Shown here: piece after piece, positions 10,049 to 19,217 of the stretch | How positions within the stretch are numbered: the first letter of the stretch is position 1 | Layout: each line of letters starts with the position of its first letter | Assembly: GCA_013239625.1 (NCBI GenBank) | Contig: MU053216.1 | Coordinates: 1,304,001-1,327,401, forward strand | From: Lama guanicoe | Lineage: Eukaryota | Reading direction: 5' to 3' | Length of the DNA: 23,401 nt | Notes under the pieces: model-generated | Told to the model about the DNA's origin: nothing | What the model saw: the letters and a program-made list of their open reading frames with translations, nothing else | Database searches by the model: none | Made by a program: the position numbers and the translations under genes

Positions 10049-10249
10049 GACCAAGCTCCTGGAGAGCGAGGCCATGAACGAGTCCCTGCGTCGCAGCCTC
10101 TCCAGGGCCTCAGCCAGGGGCCCCTACTCCCTGGGTGCATCCCCAGTCGCCCCAGCCAGCTCCATGGAGGATGCCTCTGAGGTCATCCGCAGGGCCAAGC
10201 AGGACCTGGAGCGGCTCAAGAAGAAGGAGGTCAGGCAGCGGAGAAAGAG
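10049..10249 (+). CDS. KIF21B: KIF21B exon 11 (201 nt): [11 protein letters not shown]...KKEVRQRRK
   Basis: tgcag|GACC and GAG|gtgagg. Confidence 0.96.
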
Positions 10250-10590
10250 GTGAGGGGAGGCTCCCCAGGGCAGGCCCCCAGACCCTGCCACCTGTGCACA
10301 GCACTCACCTGGGGTGCCCTGGGGACTCACTGAGCGGGCCTACCTTTTGGACAGAAGCCTCACTCCTCTCTCTGATGCAATGCTCTCCTCCAAGGGGAGG
10401 GAGGGTGGAGTCCCCCAGCGTTAATTCTGGGCTGGGGGCTAGGGAAGAGCGGTAGGTCCCTGCAGAGCAGGGACGAGACACTGCTATCCCCCACCCCCCT
10501 CCTGTTCCCTCTCCTGTCCCCACCACAGCCCTGCCCACACACTTAAGGCATGGGAGTCCCCTAACCTGCCCACCCTTCACTCCTGCGCAG

Positions 10591-10672
10591 CCCAGAGAAG
10601 GAGGCCTTCAAAAAGAGGGCGAAAATCCAACAGGAAAACAGCGAGGAGACCGATGAGAATGAGGCTGAGGAG
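10591..10672 (+). CDS. KIF21B: KIF21B exon 12 (82 nt): [27 protein letters not shown]
   Basis: cgcag|CCC and GAG|gtgagg. Confidence 0.96.
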
Positions 10673-11017
10673 GTGAGGGACCCCCACCCCCTCATGCTAC
10701 CCCCGTCCCTGCTGCAGTGGGGGTCCCCACTGACATCCTTGTACAGGGAGGGGAAGGGGCTGGGCCAGCCTCCAGGTGATCTTTGAGTCTCCTGGCATCT
10801 CTGGTCTCCACAGTGATGTCCATCCCGTAGCCCCTCACCCCGAATGGTGATGTGGGCGGGAGGCTCCCCCAGAGGGGCTCTGGCTAGGCTGCTGGAGAGT
10901 GGGGGGCTCTCCCAGGAGGGAGGGTGAACGGAGGGCCCCCACCATGCCTCACCCCACTCCTCACCCCCGACGCCCCGAGTGCGGAGGGCCAGCTGCCCTG
11001 ATGGTGCCCGTACCCAG

Positions 11018-11117
11018 GAGGACGAGGAGCAAGAGGAGAGCGGCTGTGAGGACGAGGACGAGGACTCAGGCAGCGAGGAGAGCCTGGTGGACTCGGACTC
11101 TGACCCCGAGGAGAAGG
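11018..11117 (+). CDS. KIF21B: KIF21B exon 13 (100 nt), acidic tract: EDEEQEESGCEDEDEDSGSEESLVDSDSDPEEK
   Basis: cccag|GAG and AGG|gtgtgt. The tandem CAG-GAG acceptor could shift the start by 3 nt. Confidence 0.93.
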
Positions 11118-11808
11118 GTGTGTGCTCCTGGGGGTCACGTGGGGCTGCTGCTGTCCACGCCCAGAGACGCTGCTCGGGGCAGTGGATGTCTGGGGCCCGG
11201 AACTCAGGCGGGAAACCAGTGACAGTAGGAACAACAGGATGCAAACCCTCACTGGTGCCCGGTGTGCCTGGCCCTGAGCTAGCTCAGCCTGCACATGCCC
11301 CACCCTCTCCATCCTCAGAGGTGTTAGGACCCCTCCCTTTGTCACCATTGAGGAGGCTGGTGACCTCCCCCAGTGTGGCAGATGCAGAGCTCAGCCTCGG
11401 ACCTAGGTCCGGCTGGCCCGAAGCCCACTCCTCTAATCAGGACGCGTGCCCCTCAGCTCGGCCCCGCCTCCACTTTGGCCCCAGAGTCCTGCAGCTGCTC
11501 TGGGTCCTCTCCCTCCTTCGCCTGCACTGGCTCCCAGGCTGTGCACAGTGGGTGGGCATCGGGCTCTGGCACAGCAGGGGTGGGCGAGACGCCTGATCCT
11601 CACCCACCTCCTGGGCCCGGCCCTGCACTTCCAAGGCTGCTCTTTAGAGGTGCCCCCCCACCCCCTGCAGCACCTGCCCACCGTGGGCCATGTCATTTCC
11701 TCTCGCCGCTGGTCACTGGCTGGTGGCAGCTGGCCAGGGGAAGGCCCGGCCCCCTCCACCTGGCCCCTGGCCCCGGAGGCCGGGTCCAGCCTGTCTCTGC
11801 TCCTGCAG

Positions 11809-12000
11809 AGGTGAACTACCAGGCAGACCTGGCTGACCTGACCTGCGAGATCGAAATCAAGCAGAAGCTGATTGACGAGCTGGAGAACAGCCAGCGGCGG
11901 CTGCAGACGCTCAAGCACCAGTACGAGGAGAAGCTGATCCTGCTGCAGAACAAGATCCGGGACACACAGCTGGAGCGCGACCGCGTGCTGCAGAACCTCA
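11809..12000 (+). CDS. KIF21B: KIF21B exon 14 (192 nt): [10 protein letters not shown]...RDRVLQNL
   Basis: tgcag|AG and TCA|gtgagg; start of the second coiled coil. Confidence 0.96.
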
Positions 12001-12002
12001 GT

Positions 12003-12094
12003 GAGGCCCCGCCCTCCCCGCCCCCCGAGGCCCCGCCCCCGCCCCCTGAGGCCCCTCCTCCCGGGCCCCGTCCCCTTTCCCGAGGCCCCGCTCC
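12003..12094. repeat. Degenerate C-rich tandem repeat, 4-5 units beginning GAGGCCCC
   Basis: GAGGCCCC occurs at 12003, 12027, 12048 and 12082, with a GGGCCCC variant near 12063, separated by C-runs. Confidence 0.85.
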
Positions 12095-12370
12095 ATCCAA
12101 AGCCCTGCTGTGGGCAAGGCCTTCTGACCTTGCACTGTGCTCTTCCTCCCAGTCAGAAAGTTCTTGTGTCCAACCCTAGTCCCTGTGCTGAACTCTCAGT
12201 TTATTGTTACTATTTTTACCAGAACCTTAATTATTAGAATCCTTTCTGTCCCCAGGCTCACGAGCGCAACCCTCCTCAGCTCCTTCCCCTGCATTCGCCC
12301 TGGGGTATTTCCTTTGCGCCCGTTCACAAACCTGCTTCTCCCGGGCTGTCATCCTACGCAGCTCTCAGCC

Positions 12371-13285
12371 CACTCATTCATTCCTGCCTTCCCTCATTCA
12401 TTCACGGACTCAGCAACCTTTGTTGAATGCGTCTTACAGAGCGGACGCTGATCTGGATGCTAGAGATACTGGGGTTTGTGTTCTGCTGAGGACAGACAGA
12501 CATAAACAGGAGAAACAGCAGATTCTATAGCATGTCTGCTGGGATAGGCATTACGAAAAAATGCAGCCGGGAAGAGGGACAGGGCATGCGGGGGAGGGGG
12601 TGGGAGCGTTAAAGAGGATGGTCATGGGAGATTTCGCTGAGAAGCTGACATCAGAGCTAGAGCTCAGAGGAGGTAAGATAGTGCTGGAGCCAAACGAGTG
12701 TGGGGAAGAGCATTGCAGGAAGAGGGAACAGAAGACGCCAAGGCCCCGAGGCAGGCATGTGCCTGGCAGGTTGGCAGAATGATGAGGGGGCAGATGGCTG
12801 GAGCACACTGAGGGGTCAGAAGCAGCAGAAGAGATCAGAGGAGTGTGGGACCAGGAGTGTCAGCCATTTGAAGGACATTTGTCTTATTCTCCATGGGAGA
12901 TGGAAGAGTGGAGTTTTGAGGGACAGGATGTAAGCTTTAAAAGCATTTTGACAAGATTGCTCCGGCTGCTGTGTGGGGAACGCGAGTGGAAGTTGAGCGC
13001 AGTTAGGAAACTGCTGTAAAGGTCCTGGTGGGAGAGGGTTTGGCCTGGAGGTGGTGAGAGGTGGATACATTGTGAGGGTGGAGACAAGGCTTTGTTGGTT
13101 GATTGGCTGGGAATTCAGAGAGGGCAGCCAAGGGTATCTCCGGGGATGAGCTTCAGGAAAGATGTGATGGTGGACACTGAGATGGCGAGGGCATGGGGAC
13201 TGGGAGGTGGGTCAGCCCCTGTTTGCCACGTCGGTTGGACGTGCATGTGGAGATGCAGTTCAGGTAGGAAAGGCCAAGCGTGGAG
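12371..13285 (-). mobile_element. L2 LINE 3' fragment (~0.9 kb), antisense to the gene
   Basis: Opens with the reverse-complemented L2 tail (cattcattc...cattcattca...tttgttgaatgc). Typical L2 blocks follow: gagaagctgacat, ggggaagagcattgcaggaagagggaacag...caaggccccgaggcagg, aagattgctccggctgctgtgtgggga, gttaggaaactgctg. Confidence 0.85.
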
Positions 13286-13656
13286 AACCAGTTTGCTCCT
13301 TCTGCCCGAGCCCAAGTCACTCTGGCTTCTCCTGCCCACTCTTCCCCTTCCCCCTGGCCCCAGCCCTTTCCTCCAGTCACGGGTCAGAACTGAGCCAGTG
13401 GGAAGCCCCCGGGACACTCAACAGGAGCTCAGAGCTCTCAAGATGAAAACACCCCGTCACGGTCCCTCAGAGAATCGCAGTGGGAAGGGCCTTGGTCCCT
13501 TCTAGTCTGAGCACCGCCCCCTCCCGGGTTCACATGGAGGGACAGGCAGTGGAGGGTTCGAGCCTGGAGCCCGGGCCACCTGCGGCATCTGAGCCCACAG
13601 CAGCCCAGTCGCCAGACACAGGCCGTGGTGCCGACCGCTGCCCCCACTGCGCACAG

Positions 13657-13856
13657 GTACCATGGAGTGCTACACGGAGGAGAAGGCCAACAAGATCAAG
13701 GCTGACTACGAGAAGAGGCTGCGGGAGATGAACCGCGACCTGCAGAAGCTGCAGGCCGCACAGAAGGAGCACGCGCGGCTGCTCAAGAACCAGTCTCGCT
13801 ACGAGAGGGAGCTGAAGAAGCTGCAGGCCGAGGTGGCCGAGATGAAGAAGGCCAAG
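13657..13856 (+). CDS. KIF21B: KIF21B exon 15 (200 nt): [12 protein letters not shown]...AEMKKAK
   Basis: cacag|GT and AAG|gtgggg. Confidence 0.96.
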
Positions 13857-14149
13857 GTGGGGGCCGGGGCTCGGCTGGGGTGACACCCAGGTCGGGGCTG
13901 GGGGCAGGGGCGGGTGACATCAAGGTGGTGGCTGGGGGCAGAAGCCAAGGGAGGGGAGATGGGCTGGGGGGCAATGTAGTCTCAGAACCCACTTTCTTGT
14001 TAAAAATAATCATCACTGTCAGTGAGGATGGTAATCTTGACACACGGTGTTGCCTGGTTCAGCCCCGGCCCGGCCCCAGACACTGTCTTAGCCAGGGTGC
14101 CGTCAGGGCCCCACTCTTCACTGCTCCTGGGTCTGTGCCGCCGTTGCTA

Positions 14150-14420
14150 AAGACAACAACAACAACACCCGTGACCGTTGTGGGGATGCTTGCTGTGGCT
14201 TTCGGCCAGTTGCCCAGCACCGTGACCACATCCAGTCCCCAGGAGAAGCTCGGGAAGGAAGCTCTGGTGTGGTCCCCACGCTGCGTGTGGGAAGCTGGGG
14301 CTCAGAGCGGGTCCAGCCCCCTAGAGCAGCGCTGGGACCCACTCTGTTCGCTGCCTCGCTTTTCTACTTGCCGGGACCCCGGGCACTCGAGTCTGGCTCC
14401 TGGGTCTTCCGCCTCCGTGT
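14150..14420 (-). mobile_element. MIR SINE, antisense, with an (ACA)5 tail remnant
   Basis: ccccacgctgcgtgtgggaagctggggctcagagcgggt aligns to the reverse-complement MIR core (ccccattttacagatgaggaaactgaggctcagagaggt); agtctggctcc lies downstream. Confidence 0.65.
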
Positions 14421-14836
14421 CAGGCAGGCTCTCATTCTCACCCAGGCCCTCGGGTGCATTCTCCCTTTGTGTCCTCCACCCCCCGGGTTCCTGCCCAGGC
14501 CCTGTCCACCCCGTGTACCCAGCCCTCCACAGCCCTGGGCTAGGCCCTGCGGCAGGACCCCAGAGAGCTGTGGAGGGCTGGCCTTGGGAACGGCCCCCGC
14601 AGAGGGGATCACCCGGTGCTCTTGGGGCTGGCTGGGCTGGTGTTGACCAGTGTGCAGAGGAGAGAGGCTACAGAGTGACGTAGACTCTGAGTGGTGGACC
14701 CGCAGCCATCAGGCGCAGCCACCTGTCCTGGGCAGACTCTGTCCCCAGCCAGCCTGGGCCACATGTCCAGGGCCCCATCAGCCTGGCCAGGTGGAGAAGG
14801 GCCCGTCCTGCTGTGCCCAGACTAGCCGTTCTGCGC

Positions 14837-14855
14837 TGGCCGCTAGGGGGCGTTT
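14837..14855 (+). promoter_or_regulatory. CTCF motif, forward
   Basis: TGGCCGCTAGGGGGCGTTT fits the core CC(A/G)(C/G)(C/T)AG(A/G)(G/T)GGC(A/G). Confidence 0.7.
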
Positions 14856-14930
14856 TGCCCGTGGACCGCATCTGTAGGTGCTGAGACAGGGCTGCAGGAC
14901 AACACGGGGTGGGGGGGGGCTTGGGTCAGC

Positions 14931-14949
14931 GGGCGCCCTCTGGTGGCAG
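14931..14949 (-). promoter_or_regulatory. CTCF motif, reverse
   Basis: The reverse complement CTGCCACCAGAGGGCGCCC contains the consensus core CCACCAGAGGGCGC. Confidence 0.75.
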
Positions 14950-16239
14950 GAGGGAGAAACGGGGCCTTGGTCGTCTCCACTTGGGGTCTATGCGCCCTGC
15001 AGATCCTGGAGCAGTTCTGGGGGGTCTGCCAGCATCCGCAGTCTGTCTCCCTGGAGGCTCCCTGGCTAATGCCTCTCACGGTGGCCCCGGCAGTGCTGGC
15101 CAGCTGCTGTCTCAGCAGGAGGTGACCCTACGGTACAGCCTTATGAGGGAGGACCATCTCTGAAGCCTGGAAAAATAATGTAATAATGCTCAGGATGTGT
15201 GTGAAGGACAGAGGGTCCCTGTGTGTTCCTGGGTTTCAGTCTCAGCCTGCTCGGCCCTTCAGCCGGGGACCGGCTTTGCCCAGCTCACTGCGCTTTTGTG
15301 AGCCTGGGAAAGAGGCTGAAAAGAATATACTTGGGCCGTCCCAGGATCTCTGTCGGAAGGACAGAAGCCAAGCTGGATGCCCTGAGAGCCAGTGCCCGAG
15401 ACCCCGCTGCCACAGTTCAGGGCCAGGCCCTGCAGTTACACAGGTGTCCTAGGGAGAGGGGGCAAGTCTTCTGCACACCTCAGGACAGCGCCGACCTCAG
15501 GCACTGTGCCGCCATGTGCCCGGAATGTATCTACCCGTCCTGAGACCACCACCCCTGTGATGACCTTGGCAGGGCTCAGCCACCCGTGCAGAGCTGGGCA
15601 GACAGATGGGCCTTTGTCCAGAAAGATGCATCCCTCCCCGGGAGGCCCCCAGCCCAGACCCCAGAAGAGGGCCGCCGTCTGGGTGTGCACGCAGCTTTCA
15701 GTGTGTGGATTCAGGTCCAGTCCTAGCTGACACCTCACTTGCTCTCATCGTCCCCAGCCCTTTGGGGGAACATTCAGCCTGGACCCCAGAGGCCAGCAGC
15801 AGGGAGCCCTCCTTCTCTCTGCAGATCCCCCCAACAGAGCATGCCTCCTGGGGGAGGAGCCAACGCAGTCACCCGGCCCCTCCCCCCCCAGGTCGTTTCT
15901 CCTCCCTGCTGACCTGGGGCAGCCTGCTGACATTCCCGGGGTGTCTGAGGCCTCAGTGGCAGAGGAGGACCACCTGCACCTGATTCTCATGCCACTGTCA
16001 TGTGAGAGGAGTCTGACCCCTATGCACTGTGCACTCTGTGCCTTGGGTACTGGGACGTGAGGGTCAGGGGGGCGGCTCCCCATAAGGCCAGGTCACCTCT
16101 GGCCACACCACACTGGTGGTGCTCTCTGTGCCTCTGGCCGGGCCTCTGAGAACTTGGCTCCAGGCCCTGTGCTCGGTGGCCAGCTCTGCTGTGACCTGCA
16201 GTGATGCTGTCCCTGTGGCCGTGCTAGGAACTGAGGCAA

Positions 16240-16415
16240 AATGACCTGGGCTAGAAGTCTGGCCACTTGTTACTTTAAGTCACTTTGTCTCACTGAAGCT
16301 CATTCCTCATTTATAAAACGGGAGCGATCATGCCTCTCTTGTATGATCATCATGAGGACGGGGCCTGGCGTGGACCGTGGTCTCAATAAACGATGCTGGT
16401 TTTTATTGTCATCAC
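16240..16415 (+). mobile_element. MIR SINE
   Basis: gacctgggct...aagtcactt...ttcctcatttataaaacggga...atgaggac...gcctggc...ctcaataaa matches MIR head, core and tail. Confidence 0.8.
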
Positions 16416-16748
16416 CGTGAGCCTGGCCTGGGCGTGTGCAGGTCAGCAGCTCAGCTGTGGGTGGGAGAGAGGTCAGGTTCCATCTGGCGGGGTGGCTGGC
16501 CTCCAGCCCCTCAGGCCAGTCCTAGGATGGCTGGACCAGGCAGTGGCTTTGGGTGAGGGCTACCAGGAGCCGCGACATTCCGAGCGGTGGAGGCCGTGGT
16601 GGGACCCAGCAGGGTGGCTGCACCGGCACAGCCGGGCTGGCAGTGGGGCTGCTCCTGGCGGTCGGTTGACCCGGCTGGGGGGCAGCTCCAGCCCCCACTG
16701 ATGAGGCTATGGGCACCCACCGCTCCCGCCACCCCTCTGCCATCCCAG

Positions 16749-16856
16749 GTGGCCCTGATGAAGCAGATGCGGGAGGAGCAGCAGCGGCGGCGGCTGGTAG
16801 AGACCAAGAGGAACCGGGAGATCGCTCAGCTCAAGAAGGAGCAGCGGCGACAGGAG
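16749..16856 (+). CDS. KIF21B: KIF21B exon 16 (108 nt): [10 protein letters not shown]...KKEQRRQE
   Basis: cccag|GTG and GAG|gtgagg. Confidence 0.96.
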
Positions 16857-17349
16857 GTGAGGGGTGGCCTTGAGGACATCCGGGTCCCCAGGGTCCCTGT
16901 GCCCCGGGCCTCAGCTCCTGCCGCCCCGAGCAGTGACAGGAGATGGCCCGATGCCGAAGGGCAGGACCCCTGCAGGCCCTGGTGCAGCCCCCTGTGGTTC
17001 AGAGCAGGGCCTGGAGCCCAGCTCAGGGCAGGGAGCTGCCAGGTCCCCAGCAGGCCCGTGTAAGGCTGTACAGCTTCCAGCCCTGCAGAGAGGCCCCTGC
17101 CCTCTGGTCCAGAGCTCCCCGCCCGAAGTGGGGAGAAGAGGCCCGGAGACTAGTTCTTGTGCAGAAAGGGGCCCACATGGTGGCCTCGGGGAAAGGCCAT
17201 TAAGCCCTTTGCCAACGAGTTTTGGCTGCACGAGGGTTGCCCCGAAAGCCACGCCCTCACATGCAGAGCAGGCCAGGCCTTCCCAGCCCAGCCTGCACAG
17301 ACCCGGCTCAGGGCCTGAGTGTGGACCCCACCTCTTCTCCCACCCACAG

Positions 17350-17418
17350 TTTCAGATCCGGGCTCTGGAGTCCCAGAAGCGGCAGCAGGAGATAGTCCTG
17401 AGGAGGAAAACCCAGGAG
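17350..17418 (+). CDS. KIF21B: KIF21B exon 17 (69 nt): [23 protein letters not shown]
   Basis: cacag|TTT and GAG|gtgagc. Confidence 0.95.
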
Positions 17419-17774
17419 GTGAGCTCGGCTCCTCCCCTGCGGCCCCGCCATGTCCCCTCTCCTGGGGGCGCCCCGTGGCCCTGGCTCCCCCCTCGCTTCG
17501 TGCTCTGACTCTGGGTGGCCTGTCTCGGCAGGAGAGCTTAGGCCCCAGGGGCAGGCTGCTGGCGCTTGTCCAAATGCCTGAGACGCTCGTTTTAAAAGAG
17601 CGAAGTCTCCTTTGTGTTCATTTCCCATCCGAGACCCCTTGGCCCTTTCTCAGTCCCAAACCCAAGCCAGGACGGAGCAGCCCCCATCTCCTCCCTGCCA
17701 GGCACCCTCAAGCTGGGCCTTTCTGTGGGCTCCGGGGCACCCTGCTCACCAGGCCCCCTCCTCTGGGCCCCCAG

Positions 17775-18007
17775 GTTTCTGCACTGAGGCGCCTGACCAA
17801 GCCCATGTCTGAGCGGGTGGCGGGGCGAGTGGGCCTGAAGCCGCCCATGCTGGACTCCGGGGCCGAGGTGTCGGCCAGCACCACCTCGTCCGAGGCCGAG
17901 TCGGGGGCCCGCTCCGTCTCCAGCATCGTGCGTCAGTGGGACCGCAAAATGGGCCACTTCTTGGGGAACCACCCCACGCCTGCTGTGCCTGGCACCCGCC
18001 CTCCCAG
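17775..18007 (+). CDS. KIF21B: KIF21B exon 18 (233 nt): [10 protein letters not shown]...PGTRPP
   Basis: cccag|GTT and CAG|gtgagg. Confidence 0.96.
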
Positions 18008-18159
18008 GTGAGGCAGTGGGGGCACCTGGCCCATGGGGGCGGGCCCAGGGAGAGGCAAGCGCCAGGGTCCCCTCCGCTGTCAGCTCTGGGTCAGGGGCTC
18101 CACGCGGTTGCCGAGACTGAGGGTGGTCCTGCCGGGACCCCTTGGCCTTGGTCCCCCAG

Positions 18160-18307
18160 AAAGAAGTTCCAGAAGAAGGGGGCCAGCCAGAGCTTCAGCA
18201 AGGCCGCCAGGCTGAAGTGGCAGTCCCTGGAGCGGAGGATCATCGACATCGTCATGCAGAGGATGACCATCGTCAACCTGGAGGCCGACATGGAGCGGCT
18301 CATCAAG
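18160..18307 (+). CDS. KIF21B: KIF21B exon 19 (148 nt): KKFQKKGAS...[17 protein letters not shown] (start of the regulatory coiled coil)
   Basis: cccag|AAA and AAG|gtgggc. Confidence 0.96.
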
Positions 18308-18412
18308 GTGGGCTGCCGCCCCTTCCCGTCTCCTCCCTCAGCCTGGAGCCCCTCTGGGAGCTGCGCGCAGGGGCGGGGCCGGCAGCACCCTGAGGCCTCC
18401 TCCCTCCCCCAG

Positions 18413-18607
18413 AAAAGGGAGGAGCTGTTCCTCCTGCAGGAGGCGCTGCGGAGGAAGCGGGAGAGGCTGCAGGCCGAGAGCCCGGAGGAGGAGAAGGGGC
18501 TGCAGGAGCTGGCGGAGGAGATCGAGGTGCTGGCCGCCAACATCGACTACATCAATGACAGCATTGGGGACTGCCAGGCCACCATCGTGCAGCTGGAGGA
18601 GACCAAG
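18413..18607 (+). CDS. KIF21B: KIF21B exon 20 (195 nt): [10 protein letters not shown]...[24 protein letters not shown] (regulatory coiled coil)
   Basis: cccag|AAA and AAG|gtgcct. Confidence 0.96.
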
Positions 18608-18696
18608 GTGCCTGTGGGCTGGCCGGGCCGGGGCGGCGGGCACTTGGGCAGGTGGGGCCGTCCTGGTGACACAGGCCCTCTGCCTGCCGGTCCCAG

Positions 18697-18798
18697 GAGG
18701 AGCTGGATTCCACAGACACGTCGGTGGTCATTAGCTCCTGCTCGCTGGCCGAAGCCCGTCTCCTGCTGGACAACTTCCTGAAGGCGTCCATCGACAAG
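18697..18798 (+). CDS. KIF21B: KIF21B exon 21 (102 nt): [11 protein letters not shown]...FLKASIDK
   Basis: cccag|GAG and AAG|gtgggc. Confidence 0.95.
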
Positions 18799-19051
18799 GT
18801 GGGCTGGCATCAACATGTGCATTTTGGGGAGAGGATTCAGCCCATTTGGGGAGTGTGTCCTGCAGCGTGAACGTGGGGAAGGTGAAGGGGGCTGGGGTGC
18901 ATCTCAAGTCCGTGGCAGGCACAGGTGAGGTCTGGGGACTAGTGGGAGGCCCTCCAAGCGTCTTGGGAGCAGATTTGGGGAGGGCAGTGATGGGGTCCCC
19001 ACAGCCCCAAGCTGAGCTAAGGTAACCCCAGAGCTTGCTCCCCACCCGCAG

Positions 19052-19217
19052 GGGCTGCAGGTGGCTCAGAAGGAGGCCCAGATCCGGCTGCTGGAGGGCC
19101 GGCTGAGGCAGACAGACATAGCGGGCTCCTCCCAGAACCACCAGCTGCTGGACGCCCTGCGGGAGAAGGCGGAGGCCCACCCCGAGCTGCAGGCCCTCAT
19201 CTACAACGTGCAGCAGG
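19052..19217 (+). CDS. KIF21B: KIF21B exon 22 (166 nt): [10 protein letters not shown]...LIYNVQQ
   Basis: cgcag|GGG and AGG|gtacgg. Confidence 0.96.

Noticed and set aside
13880..14683. 267-aa intronic ORF
   Set aside because: It crosses a decayed MIR and G-rich low-complexity DNA, has a non-ATG start and shows no domain.
14990..15330. Possible further L3/CR1 or MIR remnants (also near 6070-6120, 14000-14100, 20060-20250, 21050-21200, 21640-21760)
   Set aside because: Similarity is too weak to call by eye; needs RepeatMasker or Dfam.
16385..16390. AATAAA in intron 15 as an intronic poly(A) signal
   Set aside because: It is part of the ordinary MIR tail (ctcaataaa) and lies far from any open exon frame.
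14150..16415. Oppositely oriented MIR copies in intron 15 as a dsRNA or back-splicing pair
   Set aside because: The copies are too diverged to pair stably and do not flank an exon.
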